From the NCBI GenBank assembly GCA_963820645.1, contig CAWGAS010000026.1, forward strand, positions 2,320 through 66,319: a stretch of DNA of 64,000 bases, written 5' to 3'. The notes under the pieces were generated by a model. It saw only the letters and a list, made by a program, of their open reading frames with translations. It was not told the origin of the DNA and did no database searches. Source of the DNA: an uncultured Acidobacteriota bacterium. Lineage in GTDB: Bacteria; Acidobacteriota; Vicinamibacteria; Vicinamibacterales; 2-12-FULL-66-21. The position numbers and the translations under genes were made by a program. This document shows, in pieces, positions 31,672 to 44,710 of the stretch (position 1 is the first letter of the stretch; each line of letters starts with the position of its first letter).

Positions 31672-32223
31672 ATGGATCACACACCAGCCGGTTCGACGCT
31701 CTACGGCGTGATGGCCGAGTTCGACGATCCGACGGCGCTCGTCGAGGCGGCGCGCCGCACCTACGACGAGGGCTATCGGCAGTTCGACTCGTTCTCGCCG
31801 TTTCCGATCGACGACATCTTCAGCGCGATGCACCTCGAGGATCGGCGGGTGCCGTGGCTGGTCCTCGGCGGCGGGATCGCGGGCCTGCTGACCGGGCTCG
31901 GGCTCCAGGAGTGGGTGTCGGCCTACGCGTACCCGTTGAACATCGGCGGCCGGCCGAATCTGAGCTGGCCGATGTTCGTGCCGGTCACGTTCGAGCTGAC
32001 GATTCTCTTCGCGGCCTTCGCGGCGGTCTTCGGGATGTTCATCCTGAACGGGCTGCCGATGCCGTATCACCCGGTGTTCAACGTGGAGCGGTTCACCGCG
32101 CACGCCAGCCAGGACAGCTTCTTCCTGGCGATCGAGGCCGTCGATCCGAAGTTCGATCGGCAGGCGACGCGGGCGTTCCTGCAGGACCTCGGGGCGAAGG
32201 AAGTGAACGATGTCGAAGCGTAG
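31672..32223 (+). CDS. actD: ACIII subunit ActD (DUF3341), copy 2
   Basis: YGVMAEF, SPFPI, YPLNIGGRP, PVTFELT, PYHPVF. Confidence 0.92.
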   Translation: MDHTPAGSTLYGVMAEFDDPTALVEAARRTYDEGYRQFDSFSPFPIDDIFSAMHLEDRRVPWLVLGGGIAGLLTGLGLQEWVSAYAYPLNIGGRPNLSWPMFVPVTFELTILFAAFAAVFGMFILNGLPMPYHPVFNVERFTAHASQDSFFLAIEAVDPKFDRQATRAFLQDLGAKEVNDVEA

Positions 32224-32885
32224 AAGCGCTGGGCCGAGCGCGAAGTCGCGAGGCGCGCGCGATGGCTCGCTGGTCGCGGACCTGCGCCGCTCGGCGAGGC
32301 TCGTGCGGCTGTGCCATGCTCGGCGCTGGCGCGTCGGGCTGCCGCCAGGACATGCACAATCAACCCAAGTACCGCGGGCTGCGCCCGAGCGTGTTCTTCA
32401 CCGACGGCGCGAGCGCGCGGCCGCGGGTCGAGGGGACGGTCGCGCGCGGGACGCTGCAGGAAGACGACGCGTTCTTCACCGGCAAGGTCAGCAACGCGAC
32501 CGTGAAGGAGCTGCCGTTTGCGATCGACGAGCACGTCCTCGATCGCGGCCAGGAGCGGTTCAACATCTACTGCTCGCCGTGCCATGGCCGGACGGGCAAG
32601 GGCGACGGCATGGTGGTGCGGCGCGGGTACCGCCAGCCGCCGTCGTTCCACAGCGACCGGCTGCTGCAGGCCGACGCCGGATACATCTTCGACGTGATCA
32701 CGAACGGGTTCGGCGTGATGCCGGACTACAAGGCGCAGATCGCGCCCCGCGACCGGTGGGCGATTGTCGCGTACCTCCGCGCGCTGCAACTGAGCCAGCA
32801 CGCGTCGGCGTCCGACATCGAGGGCGGCGATCCGACGAAGCCGCCCCAACCCGGCGGTGGCGCGCGCGCGCCCGAGAAGCATTGA
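32210..32885 (+). CDS. actE: ACIII monoheme cytochrome c lipoprotein ActE (start uncertain)
   Basis: Lipobox-like ASGC, then RQDMHNQPKY, GTVARG, CSPCHG, GFGVMP. Confidence 0.88.
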
Positions 32886-32887
32886 GG

Positions 32888-34081
32888 ATGGAAACACACA
32901 CTGTGAACACCGACGTGCCCGCCCTTGCGCGCCTGCAGCAGAGGGCGCTTGTCGTCGGATTCTGGGGGCTGGTGGCCGGGGGGATCGGCGGGGTCTTTGC
33001 GCCCGCTCAGTTCTTCAGGTCCTGGCTCATCGGGGTCCTCTTCTGCCTCGGGCTGTCGCTGGGATCGCTCGCGCTCCTGATGCTGCAGCACATGTCGGGC
33101 GGGCAGTGGGGGCTCGTCGGGCGCCGCATCTTCGAGGCGGCGTCGCGGACCCTCCCGCTCGTGGCGCTGGCGTTCGTGCCGCTGCTGTTCGGGCTGCCGA
33201 GCCTCTACAAATGGGCGCGGCCGGAGCTCGTCAGCACCGACGGCATCCTGCAGTTCAAGGCGCCGTACTTGAACGTGCCGTTCTTCGTCGGCCGGGCGGT
33301 GTTCTACTTCGCCGTCTGGATGCTGTGTTCCTGGCTGCTGAACAAATGGTCGGCGGGCCAGGATCGCGGCGAGGTGGCGGTCAAGCCGAGCGACACGCTG
33401 CGGTTCCGCCAGGTGAGCGCGCCGGGGCTCCTCGTCTACGTCCTGACGATGACGTTCGCGTCCGTCGACTGGGTCATGTCGCTCGACCCGACCTGGTACT
33501 CGACGATTTTCGGACTGATTTTCGTGGCCGGCCAGGGGCTCTCGGGCCTGTCGCTCGTCATCATCGTGCTGTCCATGCTCAGCGGGACCGAGCCCTACGC
33601 CAGGTACCTCAGGCCGGGGCACTTTCTCGATCTGGGCAAGCTGCTTCTGGCCTTCGTGATGCTGTGGGCCTACTTCGCGTTCTCGCAGTTCCTGATCATC
33701 TGGGCGGGCAACCTGCCGGAGGAGATTCCGTTCTTCGTGAACCGCCTGAATCACGGCTGGCAGTACGTGTCGCTGGCGGTGCTGCTCGGCCACTTCGTGC
33801 TCCCGTTCGTGCTGCTGCTGTCGCGGGATCTGAAGAAGCGGCCCTTGCTGCTCGCCAGGGTCGCCGCCGTGGTCCTCGTCATGCGGCTCGTCGACCTGGT
33901 GTGGCTCGTCGGGCCGATGTTCGAGAGCGGCAGGTTCCCCATCCACTGGATGGACGTCGCGCTGCCGATGGGCCTCATCGGCGTCTGGCTCTTCCTGTTC
34001 GCGCGTCTGCTCCGGGGCCGGGCGCTTCTGCCTCTCAACGATCCGTTCTTCAAGGAGGCGTTCGCGCATGACGTCCACTGA
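32888..34081 (+). CDS. actF: ACIII subunit ActF, copy 2
   Basis: KAPYLNVPFF, VDWVMSLDPTWYSTIFG, DLGKLLLAF..FSQFLIIWAGNLPEE. Confidence 0.92.
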   Translation: METHTVNTDVPALARLQQRALVVGFWGLVAGGIGGVFAPAQFFRSWLIGVLFCLGLSLGSLALLMLQHMSGGQWGLVGRRIFEAASRTLPLVALAFVPLLFGLPSLYKWARPELVSTDGILQFKAPYLNVPFFVGRAVFYFAVWMLCSWLLNKWSAGQDRGEVAVKPSDTLRFRQVSAPGLLVYVLTMTFASVDWVMSLDPTWYSTIFGLIFVAGQGLSGLSLVIIVLSMLSGTEPYARYLRPGHFLDLGKLLLAFVMLWAYFAFSQFLIIWAGNLPEEIPFFVNRLNHGWQYVSLAVLLGHFVLPFVLLLSRDLKKRPLLLARVAAVVLVMRLVDLVWLVGPMFESGRFPIHWMDVALPMGLIGVWLFLFARLLRGRALLPLNDPFFKEAFAHDVH

Positions 34082-34649
34082 TCATTCGTCGCCGGAGCTG
34101 GACAACGAGGACGTTGCGCACGAGGAGTCGGATGTCGACGTCCGGACGATTCTCCGGTTCGGCGTGGGGATCGTCGCGGTGGTGGCGACTGCGTTCCTGC
34201 TGATGTGGGGGCTGTTCCGCGTCCTCACCCACCAGGCGGCCGCGAACGACCCGCAGCTGTCGCCGCTCGCCCGGCCGACGTGCCCGTATGCCGACCTCGA
34301 GAAGTGCCCCGAGCTGCTTCCGGCGGGGCCGCACCTGCAGACCAACGAGCCCGAGGCCCTCGCGAAGATCCGGATGACGGAGGCGAAGGCGCTCGAGGGT
34401 TACGGGTGGGTCAATCAGGCCGCGGGCGTCGCGCACATACCGATCGCCGAGGCGAAAAAGCTGATCGTGCAGCGCGGGCTGCCGGTCCGGGCCGCCCCTG
34501 TTCTCGATCCGCGGGCGGGCACGCACGCTCCCGCGATGGGCGAGTCGTCGGGTGGACGAACGATCGGAGTGCCGGCGCCCGCAGTCGGGACGCCGCCGGC
34601 GCCTGCTCCGCCCGCTTCGCCCGAACCGCATGGCGGCGGACACAAGTAG
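34068..34649 (+). CDS. actG: ACIII subunit ActG-like single-TM protein
   Basis: HEESDV, one TM, P.LQ, YGWV..AHIPIAEA; position between actF and SCO. Confidence 0.75.
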   Translation: MTSTDHSSPELDNEDVAHEESDVDVRTILRFGVGIVAVVATAFLLMWGLFRVLTHQAAANDPQLSPLARPTCPYADLEKCPELLPAGPHLQTNEPEALAKIRMTEAKALEGYGWVNQAAGVAHIPIAEAKKLIVQRGLPVRAAPVLDPRAGTHAPAMGESSGGRTIGVPAPAVGTPPAPAPPASPEPHGGGHK

Positions 34650-34666
34650 AGCGGACACGCGATCCG

Positions 34667-34751
34667 GTAGTGTCCGGCTTCAGCCGGACCAGACAAGCGG
34701 TGGCGTCCGGCTTCAGCCGGACCAGCAGGTCCGCCTGAAGGCGGACGCCAC
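34667..34751. repeat. GTAG-type REP palindromes (3 units, BIME-like)
   Basis: gtagtgtccggcttcagccggac; gtggcgtccggcttcagccggac; inverted gtccgcctgaaggcggacgccac. Confidence 0.85.
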
Positions 34752-34779
34752 CGGAATCAGGCCGACAGGACAAAAGACC

Positions 34780-35646
34780 GTGACGTTGAGAAGAGCGATA
34801 GGGGCAATCGGGATGACGGCCATCGTGCTGGCCGCGCCGGCCCCTGCGCGCGCGCAGCCCGTGTCGCCCGAGCCGGGCGACGCGGCCACGGCGAAGCCCG
34901 GGCTGCTGAAGCAGATCGGCATCGATCAGCGGCTGCAGGAGCAGGTCCCGCTCGATCTCGCCTTCAAGGACGAAGCCGGCCGCGACGTGCGGCTCGGGGA
35001 CTACTTCGGCAAGCGGCCGGTCATCCTGGTGCTCGGCTACTACGAGTGCCCGATGCTCTGCACGCAGGTGCTCAACGCCGCCGTCAGCGCGCTCAGCCTG
35101 CTGACCTTCGACGCCGGACGGGAGTTCGACGTCGTGGCGGTCAGCATCAACCCGAAGGAAACCCCGGCCCTGGCCGCGCAGAAGAAGCAGTCCTACATGG
35201 AGCGCTACGACCGGCCGCACACGGTCGAGGGATGGCACTTCCTGACGGGCACGGAAGCCTCGATCAAGCGCCTCGCCGCGTCGGTCGGCTTCCGCTACGC
35301 GTACGACGAGGAGATCCAGCAGTACGCGCACGCCGCCGTCATCGAGGTGCTCACGCCCCGCGGGGTCATCTCGAAATACTTTTACGGGATCGAGTTCTCG
35401 GCGCGCGATCTCAAGTTCGGCCTGATGGAAGCGTCCGAGGAGCGGATCGGCACGGCCGTCGACAGCGCCCTGCTGCTCTGCTACCACTACGACCCGACGA
35501 CCGGAAAGTACGGCGCGTCCGCGATCGCCGCCGTCCGCGTCGGGGCGGTGGCGACCGTGCTGGCTTTCCTGTCGTTTCTGTACATCAGCCTCAAACGAGA
35601 GCGGGCGGCAACGCGACGCGGCACTGTGACGGTTAATCGAACCTGA
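34780..35646 (+). CDS. SCO1/SenC family copper chaperone
   Basis: YYECPMLC (CxxxC), WHFLTG, YAHAA; signal peptide and C-terminal TM. Confidence 0.9.
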   Translation: MTLRRAIGAIGMTAIVLAAPAPARAQPVSPEPGDAATAKPGLLKQIGIDQRLQEQVPLDLAFKDEAGRDVRLGDYFGKRPVILVLGYYECPMLCTQVLNAAVSALSLLTFDAGREFDVVAVSINPKETPALAAQKKQSYMERYDRPHTVEGWHFLTGTEASIKRLAASVGFRYAYDEEIQQYAHAAVIEVLTPRGVISKYFYGIEFSARDLKFGLMEASEERIGTAVDSALLLCYHYDPTTGKYGASAIAAVRVGAVATVLAFLSFLYISLKRERAATRRGTVTVNRT

Positions 35647-35648
35647 CG

Positions 35649-36618
35649 ATGTTCACGAACTTTCCACTGTTTCCGCAACAGGCTTCGGTCCAGGCCTCGC
35701 AGGTCGACGGCATCTATTTCTTCATGCTGGCCGTCACCGCGTTCTTCTCCCTGCTGATCGCGGGGCTCGTCGTGTTCTTCGCGGTGAAGTTCCGGCGGCG
35801 CCACGAAGACGAGGTCGGCGTGCCCATCCACGGGTCGCTCGCGCTCGAGCTGCTGTGGACGATCATCCCGTTCCTCATCACGCTGGTGATGTTCGGCTGG
35901 GGCGCGAAGGTCTTCTTCGAGCTCTACCGCGCTCCGGCCGGCGCGATGGAGGTCTACGTCGTCGGGAAGCAGTGGATGTGGAAGGTGCAGCACATGGACG
36001 GGCAGCGCGAGATCAACGAGCTGCACGTCCCGCTCGGCCGGCCGGTGAAGCTGATCATGGGATCCGAGGACGTGCTGCACAGCTATTTCATTCCGGCGTT
36101 CCGGGTGAAGGCCGACGTCATCCCGGGCCGCTACAACATGCTCTGGTTCACCGCGTCGAAGCCCGGCCGGTATCCCCTGTTCTGCGCCGAGTATTGCGGC
36201 ACGAACCACTCGGGGATGATCGGGACGATCATCGTCGATGGAGCCGGCCGAGTTCCAGGCGTGGGTGGGGGGCGGCCGATCCTCGGACACGCCGGCGGCC
36301 GCCGGGGAAAAGCTGTTCCAGAGCCAGGGGTGCGTCGCCTGCCATCGTCAGGGCGCGACGATTCAGGGGCCGCTGCTCACGAACATCTTCGGGTCCACCG
36401 TGCCGCTGCAGGGCGGGGCCACGGTCGTCGCCGACGAGGCGTACATCCGCGAGTCGATCGTCAATCCCCAGGCCAAGATCGTCGCCGGCTTCCAGCCGCT
36501 CATGCCGACGTTCCAGGGGCTGGTTTCGGAAGAGCAGTTGATGCAGCTCATCGCCTACATCAAGTCGCTGAGCACGCCGGGCGGTGCGCCCGCAGGGGCT
36601 CACGCGCCGGCGAAATAG
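35649..36618 (+). CDS. coxB: Cytochrome c oxidase subunit II with fused cytochrome c (caa3-type; frameshift near 36237)
   Basis: KQWMW, DVLHSY, CAEYCGTNHSGM; C-terminal CVACH..MP. Confidence 0.93.
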
Positions 36619-36668
36619 ATCGAACAACGCGTTGCGCGGGGCACCGGCTTCGCAGCTGAACGGACACT

Positions 36669-38262
<1,594 letters not shown>

Positions 38263-38270
<8 letters not shown>

Positions 38271-39045
38271 GGGTCGCCCGTCCGACCACTACCGGAGGTC
38301 GGGAGTTTCGGAGGGCCACCCCTCCGAGCACTATCCCGGCCCGATGCACCAGCCGCCGGTGCACCGGGAGCGGGCCCATGCCGACGTGCACGTCGCGCAC
38401 CATCCGAAGCTGCAGCACCATTTCGACGACATGGCGCAGCAGGCCGAGGCGTCGACGCTCGGCATGTGGGTGTTCCTGGTCACCGAAATCATGTTCTTCG
38501 GCGGCCTGTTCATGTGCTACCTGGTCTACCGGACGGCGTCGCCGGAGGGCTTCGCGGAGGCCAGCCATCACCTCAACGTGGTCTGGGGCGCCGTCAACAC
38601 GATCGTCCTGATTGTCAGCTCGCTGACGATGGCGCTCGCGGTGCGCGCCGCGCAGACGAGCGCGCCGCCGAAGACGCAGGTGTTCTGGCTCGTGGCGACG
38701 ATGTTTTTCGGGATCGCGTTCCTGGGCGTCAAGGCCATCGAGTACGCCGACAAGTTCGATCATCACCTCGTCCCCGGCCCCAACTTCGTGTGGGAAGGCA
38801 AGCATCCGGCCGCGGCGGAGATGTTCTACTCGCTGTACTTCTGCATGACGGGGCTGCACGCGCTGCACATGGTCATCGGGCTCGGGATCATGACCGTCAT
38901 CGCGATCATGGCGTGGCGGCGGCAGTTCGACGCCGACTACTACACGCCCGTCGAGGTGTCCGGCCTGTACTGGCACTTCGTCGACATCGTCTGGATCTTC
39001 CTGTTTCCGCTGCTCTACTTGATCGGCGGACACGTCGTCGACTGA
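38263..39045 (+). CDS. coxC: Cytochrome c oxidase subunit III
   Basis: [31 protein letters not shown]. Confidence 0.92.
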
Positions 39046-39057
39046 GGGCTCGAACAT

Positions 39058-39360
39058 ATGTCAGCTGGTCACGTCGCTCCGAAGAGCATGTATTACTGGG
39101 TGTTCGCGGCCCTGGTCGTGGGGACGATTCTCACCTACCTGGTCGCCCTCGTGGACCTGGGCCCGTTCAACAACATCGTCATGCTCACGATCGCGTGCAC
39201 GAAGGCCACGCTCGTCATCCTCTTCTTCATGCACGTCCGCTGGAGCTCCCGGCTCACGTGGGTCGTCGCGATGTCCGGGTTCTTCTGGCTGCTCATCCTC
39301 TTCAGCCTGGGCATGAGCGACTACATGAGCCGCGGCTGGATCCCGGGGACGCTGCGGTAG
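39058..39360 (+). CDS. Cytochrome c oxidase subunit IV
   Basis: IACTKATLVILFFMHV; three TM helices. Confidence 0.88.
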   Translation: MSAGHVAPKSMYYWVFAALVVGTILTYLVALVDLGPFNNIVMLTIACTKATLVILFFMHVRWSSRLTWVVAMSGFFWLLILFSLGMSDYMSRGWIPGTLR

Positions 39361-39372
39361 GGGCCGCTTCGC

Positions 39373-39560
39373 GTGGTGTCCGGCTTCAGCCGGATGACCA
39401 CGGTGGCGTCGCGGCTCAGCCGGCTGTCACCACGGTGGCGTCCGGCTTCAGCCGGACCTTGTCACCACGGTAGGCGTCCGGCGTCAGCCGGACCTTGTCA
39501 CCGCGGTCAGGCGCTCCGTCAGGTCCGGCTAAAGCCGGACGCCACCGGGTTCAGCCGGCA
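39373..39560. repeat. Cluster of about 5-6 GTAG/GTGG-type REP palindromes after the oxidase operon
   Basis: Repeated gt(g/a)g(t/c)gtccggcttcagccgga with gtcaccac linkers and an inverted unit gtccggctaaagccggacgccac. Confidence 0.85.
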
Positions 39561-39704
39561 CCCGTTCGCCGCCGAAAACCCGCCACTCGCCGGGCAATGT
39601 GATCCTCTTCCGGAAGGCCGCCGTAAATTCTGGCTATACTTGAGTCGGGCGGCACGAGCTGTCCGCCGCCCGAACCACTCACAGCACTCAGAGAAGCAAT
39701 TCCT

Positions 39705-40935
39705 GTGGCCAATCTCAAGGACGACCTCGCTTCACTTCGGATCGAACAGACCTCCCGCGCGGGCGGAAGCCGCCGCGGGGTCTGGATTGCGCTCGCGCTC
39801 GTGGCGGTTGCGGTCGCGGCCGGCGGCTGGCTCTGGACCACGCGCGTCGATGCGGCGCCCGTGACGATCGCAACCGTGACCGCGCGGACCGGGGCCGGCG
39901 CGGCCCCCGGCGCGGTGTTGAACGCCTCGGGGTACGTCACGGCCCGGCGCCGGGCGACGGTGTCGTCGAAGGTGACCGGCAAGGTCCTCGAGGTGTTCGT
40001 CGAGGAAGGCAAGGCGGTCCGGAAAGGGCAGGTGCTCGCGCGGCTCGACGACTCGCAGGTGCGGGCGGCGCTCGCGGTCGCCGAGGCGCAGCTCGAGGCC
40101 TCGCGGCGCGGCGCGGCCGAGGACGAGGCCCGGCTGCGCGAAGCAGAGCTGACCCTCGGCCGCCGTGAGCAGCTCATCAAGGACAAGATCATCGGGAGGG
40201 CCGAGCTGGACTCGGCGCGGGCGGAAGTGGAGTCCATCAAGGCGCGGATCTCGCTGTCCCAGCAACAGGTGAAGGTGTCGGAGAGCCTGGTGAACCAGCA
40301 CCGCACCGATCTGGCGGACATGACCGTGCGCGCGCCGTTCGACGGCGTGGCGATCTCGAAAGACGCGCAGCCGGGCGAGATGATCTCGCCGGTGTCCGCC
40401 GGCGGCGGCTTCACGCGCTCCGGCATCGGCACGATCGTGGACATGTCGTCGCTCGAGATCGAAGTGGACGTGGCCGAGCAGTACATCGACCGCGTGCGGC
40501 CGGGCCAGCCGATCGAGGCGGTGCTCGACGCCTACAAGGACTGGCGCATCCCGGCGCACGTCATCACGACGGTCCCGTCGGCCGATCGGGCAGAAAGCCA
40601 CGATGAAGGTGCGGATCGGGTTCGACAAGCTCGACCCGCGGATCCTCCCCGACATGGGCGTCAAGGTGTCGTTCCTCACGGAGAAGGCGCCGGTCGAGAC
40701 CGCGGCGCCGCGCGCGCGGCTGCTCGTGCCCAGGACGGCGGTGCGAACGGAGGACGGGCGTGATGTCGTGTTCGTCGTCCACGACGACCGGGTGGAGCGC
40801 CGGGCGGTGACGGCTGGCGCCGCCGACGGCGATCAGGTCGAGATCGTCTCCGGCGTGACCGCGGGCGAGAAGGTCGTGGTCGACGGTCCGGCGACGATGA
40901 AGGACGGCGACAAGGTGACGGTCAAGGAGCGTTGA
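39705..40935 (+). CDS. MacA-like periplasmic adaptor (frameshift near 40590)
   Basis: LNASGYV, GKVLEVFVEEG, VRAPFDG, ILPDMGVKV. Confidence 0.88.
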
Positions 40936-41624
40936 ATGGATACGCTGGTCAAGATCAGGGATCTGCACAAGATCTACCGCCGCGGCGAACGAGCGCATCG
41001 ACGTGCTCCAGGGCGTGACGCTCGACATCCCGTCGGGCGACTTCCTCGCGCTGATGGGGCCGTCGGGCTCCGGCAAGACGACGCTGCTCAACCTGATCGG
41101 CGGCCTCGACACGCCGACCGAGGGCTCGATCGAGGTGGCCGGAGATCGCATCGACAAGATGTCGGGGGGCAAGCTGTCGGCCTGGCGCGCCCGGCACATC
41201 GGCTTCGTGTTCCAGATGTACAACCTGCTCCCGGTCCTGACGGCGGCGAAGAACGTCGAGCTGCCGCTGCTCCTGACCAAGCTCGGCTCCGCCGATCGCA
41301 AGCGCCGCGTCCAGACCGCTCTCGGCGTCGTCGGGCTGGGCGAACGCGCGAAGCACTATCCGCGCCAGCTGTCGGGCGGACAGGAGCAGCGCGTCGGCAT
41401 CGCGCGCGCCATCGTCACCGATCCGACGCTGCTGCTGTGCGACGAGCCGACGGGCGATCTCGATCGCAAGGTCGGGCGACGAGATCCTGGACCTGCTCCA
41501 GGCGCTCAACCGCGATCACGGCAAGACGATCGTGATGGTGACGCACGACCCGCACGCGGCGGCCCGCGCGAAGCGGACGCTGCACCTCGACAAGGGCGTC
41601 CTCGTCACGGAGGCGGTGGCATGA
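40936..41624 (+). CDS. MacB/LolD-like ABC ATPase (frameshifts)
   Basis: [31 protein letters not shown]. Confidence 0.9.
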
Positions 41625-42800
41625 AGTTCCTCCGCATCGTCTGGCGCAACCTGCTGCGGCAGGAAGGTCCGCACGATCTTCACGCTGCTGTCGATCTTCG
41701 TGGCGTTCGTGCTGTTCGGCGTCCTGATGGCGATCCGCGCCGCGTTCACGCTGGGCATCGAGCTCGCCGGGGCCGACCGGCTGATGATCCTCAACAAGAT
41801 CTCGCATCATCATGCCGCTGCCGAACAGCTATGCGCGAGCGCGATCCGGACGCTCGAGGGCGTCACGGACGTCACGCACGCCAACTGGTTCGGCGGCTAC
41901 TACCAGGAGACGAAGAACGCGTTCGCCAACATGGCGGTCGACGCCGAGAGCTGGCTGCGGATGTACCCGGAGTTCGCCGTCGCCGGAGGATCAGAAGAAG
42001 GCGTGGCTCGCCGACCGCACGGGCGCGATCGTCGGGCGTCGACACGGCGCAGGCGATTCGGCTGGAAGGTCGGCGACCGCGTGCCGCTGCAGGCGACGAT
42101 CTACCGGAGGCCCGACGGCACGGCGTGGGAGTTCAACGATCGACGGCATCTACGACTCGCCCGTGAAGGGCACCGACAAGACGCAGCTCTTCTTCCACTA
42201 GGACTACCTGAACGAGACGGTCCGCGGCAGGATCGGCTTCGCGCGACCAGGTCGGCTGGTACGTCATCAAGGTCGACGACCCGCGACCAGTCGGACCGCG
42301 ATCGCGAAGAAGATCGACGCGATGTTCGCGAACTCGCCGACCGAGACGAAGACCGACAGCGAGAAGGCGTTCGTCGCGGGCTTCGCCGAAACAGATCGGC
42401 AACATCGGCCTGATCACGCAGCTCATCGCCGACGGCGGCCATCTTCATGATCCTGATCGTGACGGCGAACACGATGGCGCAGTCGATCCGCGAGCGCACG
42501 AGCGAGCTGGCGCGTGCTGAAGACGCTCGGCTTCGGCGACGGCCGCATGCTGGCGCATGGTGCTGCTGGAGTCGTGCCTGCTCGCGCTGGTCGGCGGCGT
42601 GGCCGGGCCTCGCGGTCGTCGTGGGTGCTCATCGCGCTGGGGCGATCCGACCGGCGGCGTTCCTGCCGACGTTCTACTTCCCGGTCCGCGATCTGATCGC
42701 CGGCGTCGCGCTCGTCCTGCTGCTCGGGCTCGCGGCCGGCGCGCTGCCGGCCTGGCAGGCCGGCGCCTGCGCATCGTCGACGCGCTGAGGAGGACACTGA
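41621..42800 (+). CDS. FtsX/MacB-like ABC permease 1 (many frameshifts; in-frame TAG at 42199)
   Basis: [35 protein letters not shown]. Confidence 0.82.
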
Positions 42801-42804
42801 CGCA

Positions 42805-44000
42805 ATGCTCTCGCAGATCCTCGCGGTCACCGGCGTCAACCTGCGGTCGATCCGGCAGCGGCTCGGCTCGTCCGCCGTCGCGATCATCGGCATCGCCGGC
42901 GTCGTCGTCGTGTTCGTGGCCGTGCTGTCGATCGCCGAAGGCTTCAGCGGCCGCGATGACCGACGTCGGCGATCCGCAGTCGCGTCATCGTGATGCGCGC
43001 CGGCAGCGACACCGAGATGACGAGCGGCCTGAGCGGGCGACGATGCGCAGCTCGATCATGGACACGCCCGGCATCGCAGCGCGACGCGAGCGGACCGATC
43101 GCCTCGCCCGAGCTGTTCGTCATCGTCGGCCATCCGACGAAGAAGGACCCGAGCGACGCGAACGTGCCGCTGCGCGGCGTGTCGCCGGCGGCGTTGAAGG
43201 TCCGCGGCCGGACGTGAAGATCGTCGAAGGCCGGATGTTCACCGCCGGGCACGAACGAGATCGTCGTCGGCCGCGCCGCGTCGCGGCAGTTCGCCGGCCT
43301 CACGGTCGGATCGTCGATGCAGTGGGGCCAGAACACCTGGCACGTCGTCGGCATCTTCGACGCGCAGGGAAGCGTCGCGGAGTCCGAGATCTGGTGCGAC
43401 GCGCAAGGTGCTGCAGCCCGCCTACCAGCGCGGCAACAGCTATCAGTCGGTGCTACGCGCGCTGACAGCGCCGAGACGGTTCCAGACGTTCAAGGACGCG
43501 CTGACGACCGATCCGCGGCTGATCGGTCACCGCCGATCCGCGAGCCGGAGTACTACGCCGCAGCAGTCGGAGGTCCTTCACCAGATCATCAGCACGATCG
43601 GCTTCATCATCGCCGGGCTGATGGGCATCGGCGCGGTCTTCGGCGCGGTGAACACGATGTACACGGCGGTGGCGAGCCGCACGCGCGAGATCGCGACGCT
43701 GCGGGCGCTCGGCTTCGGCAGCGTCCCCGTCGTCGTGTCCGGTGCTGATCGAGGCGGTGCTGCTTGAGCCTGATCGGCGGCCTCATCGGCGGCCTCGCCG
43801 CGTGGGTCGCCTTCGACGGCTATCAGACCGTCGACGATGAACTTCCAGTCGTTCAGCCAGGTGGCCTTCGCGTTCGCGGTCACGCCGACGCTGCTGGCGC
43901 AGGCGCTCGTCTATGCGCCGTCATGGGCCTGCTCGGCGGGCTGCTGCCGGCCATCCGCGCGGCCCGGCTCCCGATCGTCACGGCCCTTCGAGAGCTCTAA
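42805..44000 (+). CDS. FtsX/MacB-like ABC permease 2 (many frameshifts)
   Basis: NLRSIRQRLGSS, NTMYTAVASRTREIATLRALGF, PAIRAARLPIVTALREL*. Confidence 0.85.
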
Positions 44001-44259
44001 GAGCGCCCGTTCGTCGAGCTCATCCGGGCAGTAGCATTTCCAAACAGCCGCCCGCGGCCAGAATGCACGATCACTACACTCAATCAAGCTCTGCTGATTG
44101 GTGCGGTCCGATCGGCCGCTCGAAATAAGTTACGTTCTATCAAAAACTTACATCAAGTTGTCGAGCCTCTGTCGTATAGCTCAACAGGGCCGGTACAAAC
44201 CTTGCTTTCAATCTGGCACTTGTAAGACGAAATGTCAGGGAAGCCGCGGAGGCAGCCTG

Positions 44260-44508
44260 ATGCGCTTCGACGACGTGCTTCAACGGATTCAGGGCGAGTT
44301 CGTGGAAATGCCCGGACTTCGGCTGACATCGGCACAGGCACAACGTCTGTGGGGTCTCGAGCGCGACGTTTGCGATGCGCTGCTCGGGGCGCTCGTTGAC
44401 GCGAAATTTCTCGCACAGACTCGTGACGGCGCGTTCATCCGTCTGGATGGGGCCCGGCCGAGTCAGTTCTCGACGGTTCGTCGCCACGAGCGAATAGCTG
44501 TGGCTTAG
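44260..44508 (+). CDS. Small hypothetical protein, probable winged-helix fold
   Basis: GGAGG RBS; RIQGEFVEMPGLRLTSAQAQRLWGL..C..LL..LV...FL..TRDGAF. Confidence 0.7.
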   Translation: MRFDDVLQRIQGEFVEMPGLRLTSAQAQRLWGLERDVCDALLGALVDAKFLAQTRDGAFIRLDGARPSQFSTVRRHERIAVA

Positions 44509-44710
44509 GGTTCTGCCCGCCGGTGCCGGCATGCTGACTACCTGCCTCGTCAGCAATATTTGCCGGCTCGCATCCTCGCTCCCGGGCGAAAGCGCCCGCG
44601 GCCAGGTTTGTCGGAGGTTGAAGGCTTCGGCCTTCAGCCTTCGACATCACATCCTCAACTCCCAAAAAGCCAACACCCAACTCCCAAAGTGTCTAGGGGT
44701 GAAATTCGCG

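Noticed and set aside
39373-39560. Possible CRISPR array
   Set aside because: Linkers are short and similar to each other rather than unique spacers, one unit is inverted, and no cas genes are present; it fits REP/BIME.
44212-44230. Sigma54 promoter (TGGCAC) upstream of the small winged-helix gene
   Set aside because: The -12 TTGC element is missing at the required spacing.
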